Shown: positions 8,196-18,061, numbered from the stretch's first letter. The stretch: DNA of 32,000 nt from Archaeoglobus fulgidus DSM 4304 (GCF_000008665.1 NC_000917.1:720001-752000), one strand, 5' to 3'. Notes: generated by a model from the letters alone, not told the origin. Made by a program: numbers and translations.

Positions 8196-10055
8196 TCACT
8201 GAAGCTTCAGCTCCCCAACCTTCTCCCAGCTGTTCTCATCGTAAACGCTGATTTCCTCAGGGCCGATGATGTATAGATAATCGTCAATGTAGATTGCCCT
8301 AACGGCATTTCCCTTCACAGCTTTAATCAGCTTCAAACCATCTTTGTAGGAGAAGATGTAGCCGTTCTGCCCTGCAGGCAGGAAGAAGATTCCGTGCTGG
8401 CTGTCGAGGAGGAAGGCGTGGTGGTTGCTGAGCACCTCACTCCAGTATTCCTGTAGAATGTACCTGTTCTTCTCCTTCGGGCTGGTTAAGTCGGAGATGT
8501 CGAAGAGGGAGAGCTTGACGTTCCCCTCTTCTCTGCCTACGCCGAGAACGGTGTTCTCATCAATTCTGTGGAGGTAGGAAGAGAAGCCCGGAATCTTCAG
8601 CTCTCCCACGATTTTCGGATTTTCAGGATTTGAGAGGTCGAGGACGAAGAAGGGGTCGGTCTGGCGGAAGGTTACGATGAATCCAACATCTCCGTCAAAC
8701 CTCACTGCATAAATTCTCTCGTCGAGGCCGAATCCCTGTATCTTCCCCACAACCTCAAGCTTTTCGTCAAGCACGTAGAGGTCGTTCTCGTCCCAATCAA
8801 CTGTTGTCGCCACTCTCAGGTAGCCGTTGTATTCATCAAGGGAGAACCGGTTGAGGAGCCTTCCCGGGACTGAGTTCATCCCTTCAGCCTCAAGCTGCAG
8901 AGAGAATTTGGCGATGTGCGTCTTCTCAATCTCCCTCGCGTGTTTCTTCGTGAAGTTCTCCCACCTGTTGTAATACTCATTTTCAAACTTCAGCCTCTCG
9001 TCCTCGCTCATTGAAGCTCTGAGCTGCTCCAGAAGGTACATTATCTCGACCTGCTTGGCTCTGCTGCTTATGTCGTAATCCATCAGCTTCTCTATCTTCT
9101 CTCTAATCCAGTCCGGAACCAAGTCGGGGTTTTCGGAAATGAACTGGTAGGTGAGCTTTGCAGGGTCAGCATAGGAGTTGTAGGTGACGTAGATTGCATT
9201 TTTGCTCATGTAAACAACCGACATGCCCGATGAACCGACAAAGGAGACTGAGTTCTCAACCTCTCCCGTTTTGGCGTCAAGTTTAACGACGGTGTAGGTT
9301 GTGTCGACGGTTACGGGAATTGTTGGATGATAGATTCTGCTGCAAGCAATCTCCACGGACTTTCCGTTAACTGTTAGAGGTCTTATGGGGCATGGTTCGC
9401 CAAAGTTCAGCCAGCTTCTCGTTACAACGTAGAGCTTTCCGCCATAAAGCCTTGCATCAACGTAGCTGCCGTTAAACTCGGCGCTCCACACCTCCTTCTG
9501 CGTTTCAGTGTTGTAAGCATAAATGCCCTCGGAGTTGAGAATCATCAGAACGTTTTCGTGGAGGAGGAGGTTGCCGGACTCTTTTATTTCACCAGTAATG
9601 CTGAGGTTCGATGGTGGGAAGGCTCTGATTACCTTCGTTGTGTCGATGTAGTATTTTTCCGGATAGCGGATATAAACAATGAAGGGGAAGGGAGAGTAGT
9701 AGATGTTGACTCCGTCCGTTTTAACGATGTCTGGCTCATCGATGCCCTTAACCTGAACATTGGTCTCAGAATACCTTTCGGGAGTCGTAGTTACTGCTGG
9801 AATGGCTGTGGGAGTTGCTTCCCCCAAGGGAGCTCCCTTAGAGGAATCCACCATCACTTCAGCCCTTGCGGTGTAAACCACTGGATAGAATGCAGAGATT
9901 TCAGCGCTTTTTGCCAGATACTCCCTGAACTCATCAGGAGAGGAGAAGGTTTTCAGGCTCGCCACCTCTTCAGCCTGCTCTGGCTGATTGGCAGTGAAAA
10001 CAAATCCCGCAATAACCACCGCCGCCACCGCAATTATCGCAATTAGTTTTTTCAT
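8196..10055 (-). CDS. Secreted beta-propeller domain protein
   Basis: Signal peptide/TM MKKLIAIIAVAAVVIAGFVF, then VQVKGIDEPDIVKTDGVNIYY and repeated blade-like segments (DLYVLDEKLEVVGKIQGFGLDERIYAVRFDGDVGFIVTFRQTDPFFVLDLSNPENPKIVGELKIPGFSSYLH). Confidence 0.82.
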   Translation of the reverse strand: MKKLIAIIAVAAVVIAGFVFTANQPEQAEEVASLKTFSSPDEFREYLAKSAEISAFYPVVYTARAEVMVDSSKGAPLGEATPTAIPAVTTTPERYSETNVQVKGIDEPDIVKTDGVNIYYSPFPFIVYIRYPEKYYIDTTKVIRAFPPSNLSITGEIKESGNLLLHENVLMILNSEGIYAYNTETQKEVWSAEFNGSYVDARLYGGKLYVVTRSWLNFGEPCPIRPLTVNGKSVEIACSRIYHPTIPVTVDTTYTVVKLDAKTGEVENSVSFVGSSGMSVVYMSKNAIYVTYNSYADPAKLTYQFISENPDLVPDWIREKIEKLMDYDISSRAKQVEIMYLLEQLRASMSEDERLKFENEYYNRWENFTKKHAREIEKTHIAKFSLQLEAEGMNSVPGRLLNRFSLDEYNGYLRVATTVDWDENDLYVLDEKLEVVGKIQGFGLDERIYAVRFDGDVGFIVTFRQTDPFFVLDLSNPENPKIVGELKIPGFSSYLHRIDENTVLGVGREEGNVKLSLFDISDLTSPKEKNRYILQEYWSEVLSNHHAFLLDSQHGIFFLPAGQNGYIFSYKDGLKLIKAVKGNAVRAIYIDDYLYIIGPEEISVYDENSWEKVGELKLQ

Positions 10056-10128
10056 GTCAATTGCTATGCAGGCAAACTATTTATATGATTTCAATTCGTT
10101 CGAAAATATTCATACAAAAGAATTCAAA

Positions 10129-10136
10129 CTTATATA
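10129..10136 (+). promoter_or_regulatory. Probable archaeal TATA box of the acylphosphatase-hisF gene set
   Basis: ACTTATATACC lies about 25 nt upstream of the ATG at 10158. Confidence 0.55.
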
Positions 10137-10157
10137 CCGCAGGCAAAAGGTGGGGTT

Positions 10158-10427
10158 ATGATTGCCCTCGAAATCTACGTCAGCGGCAACGTTCAGGGGG
10201 TGGGGTTCAGGTACTTCACACGCAGGGTTGCGAGGGAGCTGGGCATTAAGGGTTACGTTAAAAACCTCCCGGACGGGAGGGTTTACATATACGCCGTCGG
10301 AGAGGAGCTTACTCTTGACAAGTTCCTCTCAGCCGTAAAATCTGGACCTCCGCTTGCCACTGTTAGGGGGGTTGAGGTTAAAAAGGCTGAAATTGAAAAC
10401 TACGAAAGCTTCGAGGTGGCCTACTGA
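10158..10427 (+). CDS. acyP: Acylphosphatase
   Basis: Canonical [33 protein letters not shown]. Confidence 0.96.
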   Translation: MIALEIYVSGNVQGVGFRYFTRRVARELGIKGYVKNLPDGRVYIYAVGEELTLDKFLSAVKSGPPLATVRGVEVKKAEIENYESFEVAY

Positions 10428-11242
10428 TGCTGGCCAAAAGAATAATCCCCTGTCTCGACGTAACTCTTGACGAAAGTGAAGCGAGGGTTGTTAAGGGAGT
10501 GGAGTTCGTCAATCTTAGGGATGCTGGCGACCCAGTTGAGCTGGCGAAGAGGTACGACGAGGAGGGGGCAGACGAGCTTGTTTTTCTTGACATCACAGCC
10601 TCTCCAGAAGGGAGAAGGACGATGATTGATGTTATAGAGAGAACTGCGGAGCAGGTTTTCATCCCCTTCACCGTTGGAGGGGGGATAAAGAGCATTGAGG
10701 ACATAAACACCATTCTCTCTGCTGGAGCGGACAAGGTTTCTATCAACACCGCCGCCGTCAAAAACCCCGAATTTGTGAGAGAGGCTGCGGATATTTTCGG
10801 CAGCCAGTGCATTGTTGTTGCCATTGACTGCAGGAGGAACTTCGACCTGAGCAAGGGTGAATACATCGTGGAGCTTGAGGATGGCACGAAGGCGTGGTAC
10901 GAGGTTGTGATTTACGGCGGGAGAAAGCCCGTCGGCATAGATGCGGTCTGGTGGGCGAAGAGGGTTGAGGAGCTTGGCGCTGGAGAGATTCTGCTCACGT
11001 CGATGAACAGAGACGGCACGAAGGATGGTTTCGACATCCCCATAACGAGAAAGATAAGCGAGGAGGTTAACATTCCAGTCATAGCTTCAGGAGGAGCTGG
11101 AACAAAGGAGCACTTCTACGAGGGGTTTGTGGAAGGGAAGGCCGATGCGTGCTTAGCTGCAAGCATCTTCCACTACAGAGAAATTGGAATCAGGGAAATT
11201 AAGGAGTATCTGGCTGAGAGGGGCGTGCAGGTGAGATTGTGA
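10427..11242 (+). CDS. hisF: Imidazole glycerol phosphate synthase subunit HisF
   Basis: [66 protein letters not shown]. Confidence 0.98.
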   Translation: MLAKRIIPCLDVTLDESEARVVKGVEFVNLRDAGDPVELAKRYDEEGADELVFLDITASPEGRRTMIDVIERTAEQVFIPFTVGGGIKSIEDINTILSAGADKVSINTAAVKNPEFVREAADIFGSQCIVVAIDCRRNFDLSKGEYIVELEDGTKAWYEVVIYGGRKPVGIDAVWWAKRVEELGAGEILLTSMNRDGTKDGFDIPITRKISEEVNIPVIASGGAGTKEHFYEGFVEGKADACLAASIFHYREIGIREIKEYLAERGVQVRL

Positions 11243-11523
11243 AAATTTCCGAGTTTCAGAGGATGATTTCGGAAATTTACATAAACCGTGACAGGGAGAG
11301 GGGCGTTGAAAAGACCATGCTGTGGGTTGTTGAAGAGGTTGGGGAGCTTGCTGAGGCTGTGAGGAAGGGAACTAACGTTGGAGAGGAGATTGCGGATGTG
11401 ATGGCGTGGCTCGTAAGCCTCGCCAATCTGCTGGATGTTGACGTGGAGGAGGAAATTTTAAAAAAGTATCCCGGTTACTGCATTCGCTGCGGAAAAAAGC
11501 CGTGTGAGTGTGATTCGAAATGA
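11239..11523 (+). CDS. MazG-like nucleotide pyrophosphohydrolase with a C-terminal Cys cluster
   Basis: [16 protein letters not shown]...[25 protein letters not shown] has MazG EExxE / ExxD motifs. The tail is [11 protein letters not shown]. Confidence 0.88.
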   Translation: MKISEFQRMISEIYINRDRERGVEKTMLWVVEEVGELAEAVRKGTNVGEEIADVMAWLVSLANLLDVDVEEEILKKYPGYCIRCGKKPCECDSK

Positions 11524-12665
11524 GGTTCAAGATGGTAAGCGAGGACGATATTAAGAACGGAATTGTTACGGATAAGTACTTCATCTGGACGGAGAAGGTT
11601 CTGAAGGCGAAGAACGTCAATCCCACTGTGGTGGCAGAGGTTACGACGTCAGGATGGGGAGTCTTCGCAGGCCTTGAAGATGCCCTCAACCTCCTCGAAG
11701 GTCTGCCCATTGACGTTTACGCAATGCCAGAGGGCAGCCTTTTCTTCCCCCACGAGCCCGTGATGACCATTGTAGGTAAATACCAGGACTTTGCGAGGTA
11801 TGAGACCTCTTTGCTGGGCTTCCTCTGCCACGCCAGCGCTGTCGCAACACAGGCCTTCAGGTTCAAGCTTGCGGCTGGGGACAAGAGGGTTTACTCCTTT
11901 GGCACGAGGAGGATGCATCCTGCCATAGCCCCTGCAATAGAGAGAGCAGCGTACATCGGCGGTGTTGATGGGGTCAGCAACTACTCTGCCGAGAAGTACC
12001 TCGGCCTGAAAAGCATGGGAACGATGCCTCATGCCATGATAATCTGCTTCGGCAACCAGGTTGAGGCGTGGAGGAGCTTTGATGAGGTTGTTGACAAAGA
12101 AGTGCCGAGAACGATGCTGGTGGACACCTACTTTGATGAGAAAACAGAAGCTGTGATGGCCGTTGAGAATGTTGAGAACGTGAGCGGAGTGAGGCTCGAC
12201 ACTCCCTCATCAAGAAGGGGCAAGTTCAGGAAGATTGTCGAAGAGGTGAGGTGGGAGCTGGACATCAGGGGAAAGCAGCACGTCAGAATTTTCGTCAGCG
12301 GAGGGCTCAGCTTAAAGGACGTTCTTGAGCTGAGGGACATCGTTGATGCCTTTGGCGTTGGGACTGCAATAAGCGGAGCGAATCCCGTTGACTTCGCGTT
12401 GGACATAGTGGAGAGAGAGGGCAGATTTGCGGCCAAGAGGGGCAAGAGAGGAGGAATGAAGCAGGTTTACAGGCACTGGGATGAGCTTAGGGATGAGGTG
12501 AAGCTTTTCAGGGAAGAATACAGCGGAAAGGGCGAGCCACTGCTGAGGAAGGTAATAGAGGGCGGGAAGATTATCGAAAATACAGACATGGAGAAAGCGA
12601 GAGAGCTCGTGCTGAGACAGATGGAGATTATAAGAAAGCTGGGGAGAGAGGAAGAGTTTTTGTGA
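11520..12665 (+). CDS. Nicotinate phosphoribosyltransferase-like protein
   Basis: TDKYFIWTEKVL, YETSLLGFLCHASAVATQAFR, SFGTRRMHPAIAPAIERAAYIGG, VRIFVSGGLS, FGVGTAIS. Confidence 0.9.
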   Translation: MRFKMVSEDDIKNGIVTDKYFIWTEKVLKAKNVNPTVVAEVTTSGWGVFAGLEDALNLLEGLPIDVYAMPEGSLFFPHEPVMTIVGKYQDFARYETSLLGFLCHASAVATQAFRFKLAAGDKRVYSFGTRRMHPAIAPAIERAAYIGGVDGVSNYSAEKYLGLKSMGTMPHAMIICFGNQVEAWRSFDEVVDKEVPRTMLVDTYFDEKTEAVMAVENVENVSGVRLDTPSSRRGKFRKIVEEVRWELDIRGKQHVRIFVSGGLSLKDVLELRDIVDAFGVGTAISGANPVDFALDIVEREGRFAAKRGKRGGMKQVYRHWDELRDEVKLFREEYSGKGEPLLRKVIEGGKIIENTDMEKARELVLRQMEIIRKLGREEEFL

Positions 12666-12756
12666 ATTTTCTTTTCTTATTTAAGGAGGAAATAGCCTAA
12701 AATTCGGCTTTTCTTTGTTCAGAAGCTTTATTTAAACAAAAAAATAAGAGATATCT

Positions 12757-13464
12757 TCAAATACCGAGATATGCCCTCTTCACCTCTGGGTTTGCCAAGA
12801 CCTCATCGGCTTTACCGCTGAGCCTTATTTCTCCAAGCTCCATGACGTAAGTCCTGTCGGAAACTTTCAAACAGAGAGAGGCGTTCTGCTCTGAGACAAG
12901 AATAGCCGTGTCTTTTTTTATTTCTTTTAACACCTCAAAAACACTCCACGAAAGCTTAGGAGACAATCCCAGGCTTGGCTCGTCCAGGAGCAGGAGTTTC
13001 GGGGATGGCATCAGAGCTCTGGCAATTGCGAGCATCTGCTGCTCACCACCGCTCATCGTCCCTGCCCTCTGGTTAATTCTTTCTTTCAGAACCGGGAATA
13101 TCTCGAAAACGTACTCAAGCCTTTCCTTAAACCCCTTCTTGTCCTTCCTTTTAGTGTAGTAGCCGAGGAGGAGGTTTTTGTAAACGCTAAGCTCTGGAAA
13201 GAGGAATCTACCTTCCGGACAGTGGGTGATGCCTATTGAAACAATCTCTTCAGGGCTTTTCCCCGCAATGTCTTCTCCCTCAAAGATTATTCTGCCGCTT
13301 CTCGGCTTGATTAGGCCAGAAATAGTTCTGAAAAGAGTGCTTTTTCCTGCACCATTGCTACCAATTATCGAGACGATTTCGCCACGGTCAACTTCGAGAT
13401 TCACACCTCTGAGAACCTCGTAGCTGCCGTATGCTACGTGAAGGTCTTTAACCTCAAACAACAT
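12757..13464 (-). CDS. livF: Branched-chain amino acid-type ABC transporter ATP-binding protein
   Basis: MLFEVKDLHVAYGSYEVLRGVNL, Walker A GSNGAGKST, signature MSGGEQQMLAIARALM, Walker B LLLLDEPSLGLSPKL. Confidence 0.95.
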   Translation of the reverse strand: MLFEVKDLHVAYGSYEVLRGVNLEVDRGEIVSIIGSNGAGKSTLFRTISGLIKPRSGRIIFEGEDIAGKSPEEIVSIGITHCPEGRFLFPELSVYKNLLLGYYTKRKDKKGFKERLEYVFEIFPVLKERINQRAGTMSGGEQQMLAIARALMPSPKLLLLDEPSLGLSPKLSWSVFEVLKEIKKDTAILVSEQNASLCLKVSDRTYVMELGEIRLSGKADEVLANPEVKRAYLGI

Positions 13465-14200
13465 AGCTCTCACCCAAATATGCCTTAATGACTCTTTCGT
13501 TCTCTACGATTTCCTTAGGGCTGCCTTCTGCGATAATCTCTCCGCTGTCCAGAACGACAATTCTGTCAGAAACACCCATTATGAACCTCATTTTATGCTC
13601 AATTATTGCAACTGTAACACCTCTCTCCTTCAGAGTCCTTATAATTTCCAGAATTCTGTCCGTCTCCTCCAGATTCAGACCTGCTGTAGGCTCGTCGAGC
13701 AAAAGCAGCTTTGGCTTTGTTGCCAGTGCAATGGCGATGGAAAGCCTCCTTTGAGCTTCCTGCGGAAGGTTTTTGACAGGAGTGAAGGCCTTTTCATCAA
13801 GTCCAACAAAGTTTAAAAGTTCCATGGCCTCCTTGAAGGTCTCGTCACCGTTCTCTTCTCTCAGGGCGGATAGAACGCCGCTTCTGTACCATGCGGTGAG
13901 CGTTATGAGCAGGTTACCGATTGCAGGTAGGTTGAAGTACAGACTGACCGTCTGGAAAGTTCTGCTTATCCCGAGCCTTACGATTTTATGTGGAGGCATG
14001 GTCGTTATGTTCTTCCCCTCGAAGATTATAACACCCTCATCTGGTTTGTAAAGGCCCGAAATGACGTTGAACAAGGTCGTCTTTCCAGCCCCATTTGGCC
14101 CAATAATCCCCAGAACTTCCCCCTTCCTGATTTCAAAGGTTACGTTGTTCAGAGCTATTAGACCTCCAAATCTTATTCCAACTCCCTCAACTTTCAGCAT
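13454..14200 (-). CDS. livG: Branched-chain amino acid-type ABC transporter ATP-binding protein
   Basis: GIRFGGLIALNNVTFEI, Walker A GPNGAGKTT, LGISRTFQTVSLYFNL, and an Asp-rich LDEPTAGLNLEET. Confidence 0.95.
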   Translation of the reverse strand: MLKVEGVGIRFGGLIALNNVTFEIRKGEVLGIIGPNGAGKTTLFNVISGLYKPDEGVIIFEGKNITTMPPHKIVRLGISRTFQTVSLYFNLPAIGNLLITLTAWYRSGVLSALREENGDETFKEAMELLNFVGLDEKAFTPVKNLPQEAQRRLSIAIALATKPKLLLLDEPTAGLNLEETDRILEIIRTLKERGVTVAIIEHKMRFIMGVSDRIVVLDSGEIIAEGSPKEIVENERVIKAYLGESYVV

Positions 14201-14211
14201 TCTACCACCTA

Positions 14212-15183
14212 TCAGAACTTACCTACAAGAGCCCTTTTGGGAAGTTTTTCTCCCTTCTCGGCCTTTCTAGAGTAGTAAGCCCCCATAACTCCTTTTGGCA
14301 TGAACAGAATCGCCAAAAGGAATACGATTCCCTGAACGAGGACTGTGTACTGAGCGAGTGTGAAGAAGACCTCGTTTATCAGCGTAACAACGGCGGTTCC
14401 TATGAACGGTCCAAGCATAGTTCCAGCGCCTCCAAAGATGATAGCGGTGAGGAATGCAAAGCTGTTAACGAAGCTCGTAATATCTGGAAAGATGCTGCCG
14501 ATGTATGCAGAGTAGAAGGCTCCAGCAACAGCGGCGAAGATGGCACTTAAGACGAAAGAGGCAACCTTGAACTTCGTAAGATTTACCCCTGCGTACTCGG
14601 CCAATAGCTCATTCTCTCTGATTGCAACTATTATGCTGCCGAAGGAGGACCTGATTATAAGCCAGTAAAGGAGAGTCATGACGATCAGAACGGCCAGCAT
14701 GAGGTAGTAAAAGTTGTAGGTTCCACTGAAACTGATTGAAATACCGCTAAGCTCAATTGACGGAGAAGGGATGCCAAAAAGCCCCCTCGGCCCTCTGGTA
14801 ACCTCATCCCACTTGTCCACAACTTCATAGATTATGACGTTGAATAAGAGCGTGGCAATGGCAAAGTACGCACCCTTAAGTCTGAGAGTCATTAGACCTA
14901 TCAGGAACGCCACAAAGGCCACGAAGGCGATTGCCACGATCACTGACGCCCAGAAAGACCAGCCGTTAAGCACAAGCAAGGCGCTAACGTAGGCTCCAAG
15001 ACCGTAAAAAGCTCCCTGAGCCAGAGAAGCTTGGCCTGTGTATCCGATTATTATGTTCAGCCCCATGGCAGCTATTGTGTATATTATGAACAGCGTTGAA
15101 ATCCTGAGCGCATAAGACGAACCTGTCAGCGGCAGAAGCACTGCCAGAATCAAAATTACGGGATAAACAAACTTCCAGTTCAT
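14212..15183 (-). CDS. livM: Branched-chain amino acid-type ABC transporter permease
   Basis: GLNIIIGYTGQASLAQGAFYGLGAY, VIFGGAGTMLGPFIGTA, multiple TM segments. Confidence 0.93.
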   Translation of the reverse strand: MNWKFVYPVILILAVLLPLTGSSYALRISTLFIIYTIAAMGLNIIIGYTGQASLAQGAFYGLGAYVSALLVLNGWSFWASVIVAIAFVAFVAFLIGLMTLRLKGAYFAIATLLFNVIIYEVVDKWDEVTRGPRGLFGIPSPSIELSGISISFSGTYNFYYLMLAVLIVMTLLYWLIIRSSFGSIIVAIRENELLAEYAGVNLTKFKVASFVLSAIFAAVAGAFYSAYIGSIFPDITSFVNSFAFLTAIIFGGAGTMLGPFIGTAVVTLINEVFFTLAQYTVLVQGIVFLLAILFMPKGVMGAYYSRKAEKGEKLPKRALVGKF

Positions 15184-16073
15184 GCTCTCCTCTCCTTCTT
15201 ACCAAACAGACCTTCTGGCTTGAGAATCAGGATGGCGACAAGAATCCCAAACGCAACGAGGTTTTTCCACCTGATGTCAAAATAACCGCCGTAGAGGGAT
15301 TCAACAATTCCGAGGACCAGCCCTCCGGCTATGGCACCCGGGATGTTCCCAAGCCCACCAACGACGCAGATTACGAAGGCCTTCAAGTTGAGCTCAGCAC
15401 CCATTATAGGATACACAAGAGTTATTGGAGCAATTAATGCCGCTGCGAAACCTGCAAGCGCCCCGGCAATGGCAAAGGCTATTAGCGTCATCTTATCGGT
15501 GTTGATTCCAACGAGCTTCGCTCCTATTGGCGATTGAGCAACAGCCTCGAGAGCTATTCCGGTTACCGTCCTTCTCAAAAAGTACAGCAGAGACGCTATG
15601 GCGGCGATGGAGCAGAAAAGGACGATAAGCCTCTGCGCGTTAATTCTCAGTGCTCCAATAACAACCATGTAGTCGAAGGGTGTGTGAATGCGCTGGTATC
15701 TCGGACCGAAGACTGCCAGGGCGAATCCTTCCAGCAGCATTAAAAGACCTATTGCTGCAATGAATGACGTTATGTGAGGAGCACTTAGCAATCTCTTGTA
15801 AACGAAAAGGTAGCTCAGAACGGCAATTACGGAAGAGACTGCTACTGCACCGAGAATTGCAGCAACATAGCTGATTTCAAGCATGCTGCCAGCTACTGAG
15901 GCTGCAAGGAATCCCGCGTAAGCACCGATCATGTATCTGTTCCCGTGGGAGAAATCCGGAATCTGCAAAATACCGTAGATTATTGTAATCCCCAGTGCCG
16001 TTAGGGCATAAATGAACCCCACTACGAGTCCCCCTAAGAGCAGGTTCATGAAATAATTTATTTCAATCATCAT
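15180..16073 (-). CDS. livH: Branched-chain amino acid-type ABC transporter permease
   Basis: ALTALGITIIYGILQIPDFSHGNRYMIGAYAG, VIGGLGNIPGAIAGGLVLGIVESL. Start placed at the tandem ATGs 16073/16070, about 25 nt from a TATA-like element. Confidence 0.92.
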   Translation of the reverse strand: MMIEINYFMNLLLGGLVVGFIYALTALGITIIYGILQIPDFSHGNRYMIGAYAGFLAASVAGSMLEISYVAAILGAVAVSSVIAVLSYLFVYKRLLSAPHITSFIAAIGLLMLLEGFALAVFGPRYQRIHTPFDYMVVIGALRINAQRLIVLFCSIAAIASLLYFLRRTVTGIALEAVAQSPIGAKLVGINTDKMTLIAFAIAGALAGFAAALIAPITLVYPIMGAELNLKAFVICVVGGLGNIPGAIAGGLVLGIVESLYGGYFDIRWKNLVAFGILVAILILKPEGLFGKKERRA

Positions 16074-16093
16074 TTTAAAATAGGATTGCAAAA

Positions 16094-16101
16094 GTATAAA
16101 A
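16094..16101 (-). promoter_or_regulatory. Probable archaeal TATA box for the livH-M-G-F genes
   Basis: GTATAAAA on plus, TTTTATAC on minus, with spacing that would place transcription start at or next to the tandem ATGs 16073/16070. Confidence 0.45.
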
Positions 16102-16221
16102 CCTTTTTGGTTTTTTTCCAATTAATAGCATTAGACTCCCACTGTACATCATAGAAAGTGAAATTTTTCCTCATGGAGTTTCACTAATTCGCCTTTTGAG
16201 CACTTTAGGATAACCAAAATC

Positions 16222-16629
16222 TCACTTAATACATATCACCGGTTTGTTTGCTTTAAGGATTACATCCCTCGCAACACTCCCAAAAATCAGCTTTCCAGTA
16301 GGACTTCTCTTTCTGATCCCGATGACTATTGCAATTGCGTCAACTTCGTCGGCAAAGTCCACGATATCGTCTGGTGGCTCCTTTCCCCTCACGAGAAGAT
16401 GCTCCTCCCCCTCTGCCCCTTCTTTCCTTATTATGCTGACTGCCCATGAAAGAGTCTCCTTCGCCTCGATTATGTCCTCATCTTTCGTCCTTCCTCCACC
16501 TGGTAGAGAGTGGACTACATACACAGGGACTCCACGTAACCTGGCCTCTTCTGCGGCAAACCTAAGAACTCTCTCAGCCCTATCCGACTTTTTATCTACT
16601 GCAACCACAATCGGCATATATATCACCAA
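16222..16629 (-). CDS. Universal stress protein (UspA family)
   Basis: MPIVVAVDKKSDRAERVLRFAAEEARLRGVPVYVVHS and IGIRKRSPTGKLIFGSVARDVILKANKPVICIK (the ATP-binding Gx2Gx9G(S/T)-type segment). Confidence 0.93.
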   Translation of the reverse strand: MVIYMPIVVAVDKKSDRAERVLRFAAEEARLRGVPVYVVHSLPGGGRTKDEDIIEAKETLSWAVSIIRKEGAEGEEHLLVRGKEPPDDIVDFADEVDAIAIVIGIRKRSPTGKLIFGSVARDVILKANKPVICIK

Positions 16630-16644
16630 AAAATAATGGAAAGT

Positions 16645-18030
16645 TTAGCCCCAGACCTTGTTTCCTGAGGCATCCGTGTAGTAGTACTCCTGTCCCCAGA
16701 ACTTCGGATATATTTCGATGTAGCCCGTAACCTGCCCATCCCAGATTACAAGGGCGCTTCCGGGGGTGTTAAGAGCTCCTCTCGTGTCCCATGGAGCTAT
16801 TCTGAGCAGTTTCGTGTAGATGTAGCTCGGAATACCCATGTAGCCATCCATGGGCCAGACCTTGTTCTCCATGGCATCCATTATCGCATCCGGATCGAGA
16901 GAGTCCGCTTCGTCCATTGCTTTAGCCAGGACCATCATTGCCTGGTACTCGAGTGCATGCTCCCAGGTAACCGGGTAATCCCCCAGCCTTTCCTTAATTC
17001 TGCTGACAGTAACCTTGTAACCTTCAATCAGCGGGTCCTGAGTCAGAACTTTGTTTCTGTAATCGCTTGTTACCTCCGGAAGCTGAACGAGGGCTTCTGG
17101 TGCTGAAGTTCCTGCGGTCTTCTCAAGCAGCGAAAGGTCGCCTTTCGTGACAGTTTTTGTGGAGAAATCGTACTCTATTCCAAGGAAGTACATTATTTCC
17201 TCAATCTTGGCCTGCTCAGCCACCAGAAAACCACCTTCGTAGCCCATTTCTCTTGCAGTTTTTATTAGGTTGGCAATCGGTTCGGACGGGCCAACCACAA
17301 GGATGACCTCTGGATTTGCTGCAAGTACCTTCTGGAGGTGCGTTGTGAAATCCGTTTCAGTGTAATAGTTTACTGGAGCCTCTGCGACTATTTCTCCACC
17401 CTTAGACTTCCAGTATTCCTTGAATTTCTCGCCCCAAAGCACTCCGTACTCATGCGTACCTTCCATCGTTGCTGCCCTCTTTATCCCCTTATCGAGGAAG
17501 ACGTTTGAGAGGAATGGAACGTAAACTAGCTCGAAGTTAGGCGGAATCTGGAAAATGTGCTTATTTCCACCTTGGAGAATTGCCGGGCTTGAAGTGTAAG
17601 CACCAATTATGAATCCTCTCTCCTCGTTAATTTTTTCCATTGCAAGAATTCCTCCACTGTGGGGGCAGAAAATAACCGGCGTTTTGTAGACTTCAAGCAT
17701 CTTCTCAGCGTTTGGAACCGTTAAGGCGGGACTGTACTTATCGTCCGCCGAAACAACCTCAAGTCTGTATTTCTTTCCTGCAATTTCTATACCACCTGCT
17801 TTATTTATGTCTTCAACTGCAAACTGAATTCCCTGCAGGTTATTTTGCCCGTATAAAGCCGCGCCACCGCTCAGAGGACCGCTGAAGCCGATGTATACTG
17901 TTCCGGCAAACTCCCCAGTAGGAGCCTCAGCTGGAGTCGTTGTGGCTGCTGGCTGCTCCTGCTGCTGACATCCTGCCATCAAAAGGGCCACCGCTACCAG
18001 AACTATGAGTACGAAACCCCTCACTTTCAT
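16645..18030 (-). CDS. livJ: ABC transporter substrate-binding lipoprotein, branched-chain amino acid type
   Basis: Lipobox-like LLMAGC after a hydrophobic leader, a T/A/P-rich linker, and GPLSGGAALYGQNNLQGIQFAVEDINKAGGI. Confidence 0.9.
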   Translation of the reverse strand: MKVRGFVLIVLVAVALLMAGCQQQEQPAATTTPAEAPTGEFAGTVYIGFSGPLSGGAALYGQNNLQGIQFAVEDINKAGGIEIAGKKYRLEVVSADDKYSPALTVPNAEKMLEVYKTPVIFCPHSGGILAMEKINEERGFIIGAYTSSPAILQGGNKHIFQIPPNFELVYVPFLSNVFLDKGIKRAATMEGTHEYGVLWGEKFKEYWKSKGGEIVAEAPVNYYTETDFTTHLQKVLAANPEVILVVGPSEPIANLIKTAREMGYEGGFLVAEQAKIEEIMYFLGIEYDFSTKTVTKGDLSLLEKTAGTSAPEALVQLPEVTSDYRNKVLTQDPLIEGYKVTVSRIKERLGDYPVTWEHALEYQAMMVLAKAMDEADSLDPDAIMDAMENKVWPMDGYMGIPSYIYTKLLRIAPWDTRGALNTPGSALVIWDGQVTGYIEIYPKFWGQEYYYTDASGNKVWG

Positions 18031-18061
18031 TTTTTCACCATTTGTGATTTTACATTATTAC

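Noticed and set aside
12666-12756. T-rich stretch between the NAPRTase-like gene and livF considered as an intrinsic terminator
   Set aside because: AT-rich spacers between convergent genes are expected, and I found no convincing GC-rich stem, so no specific terminator is claimed.
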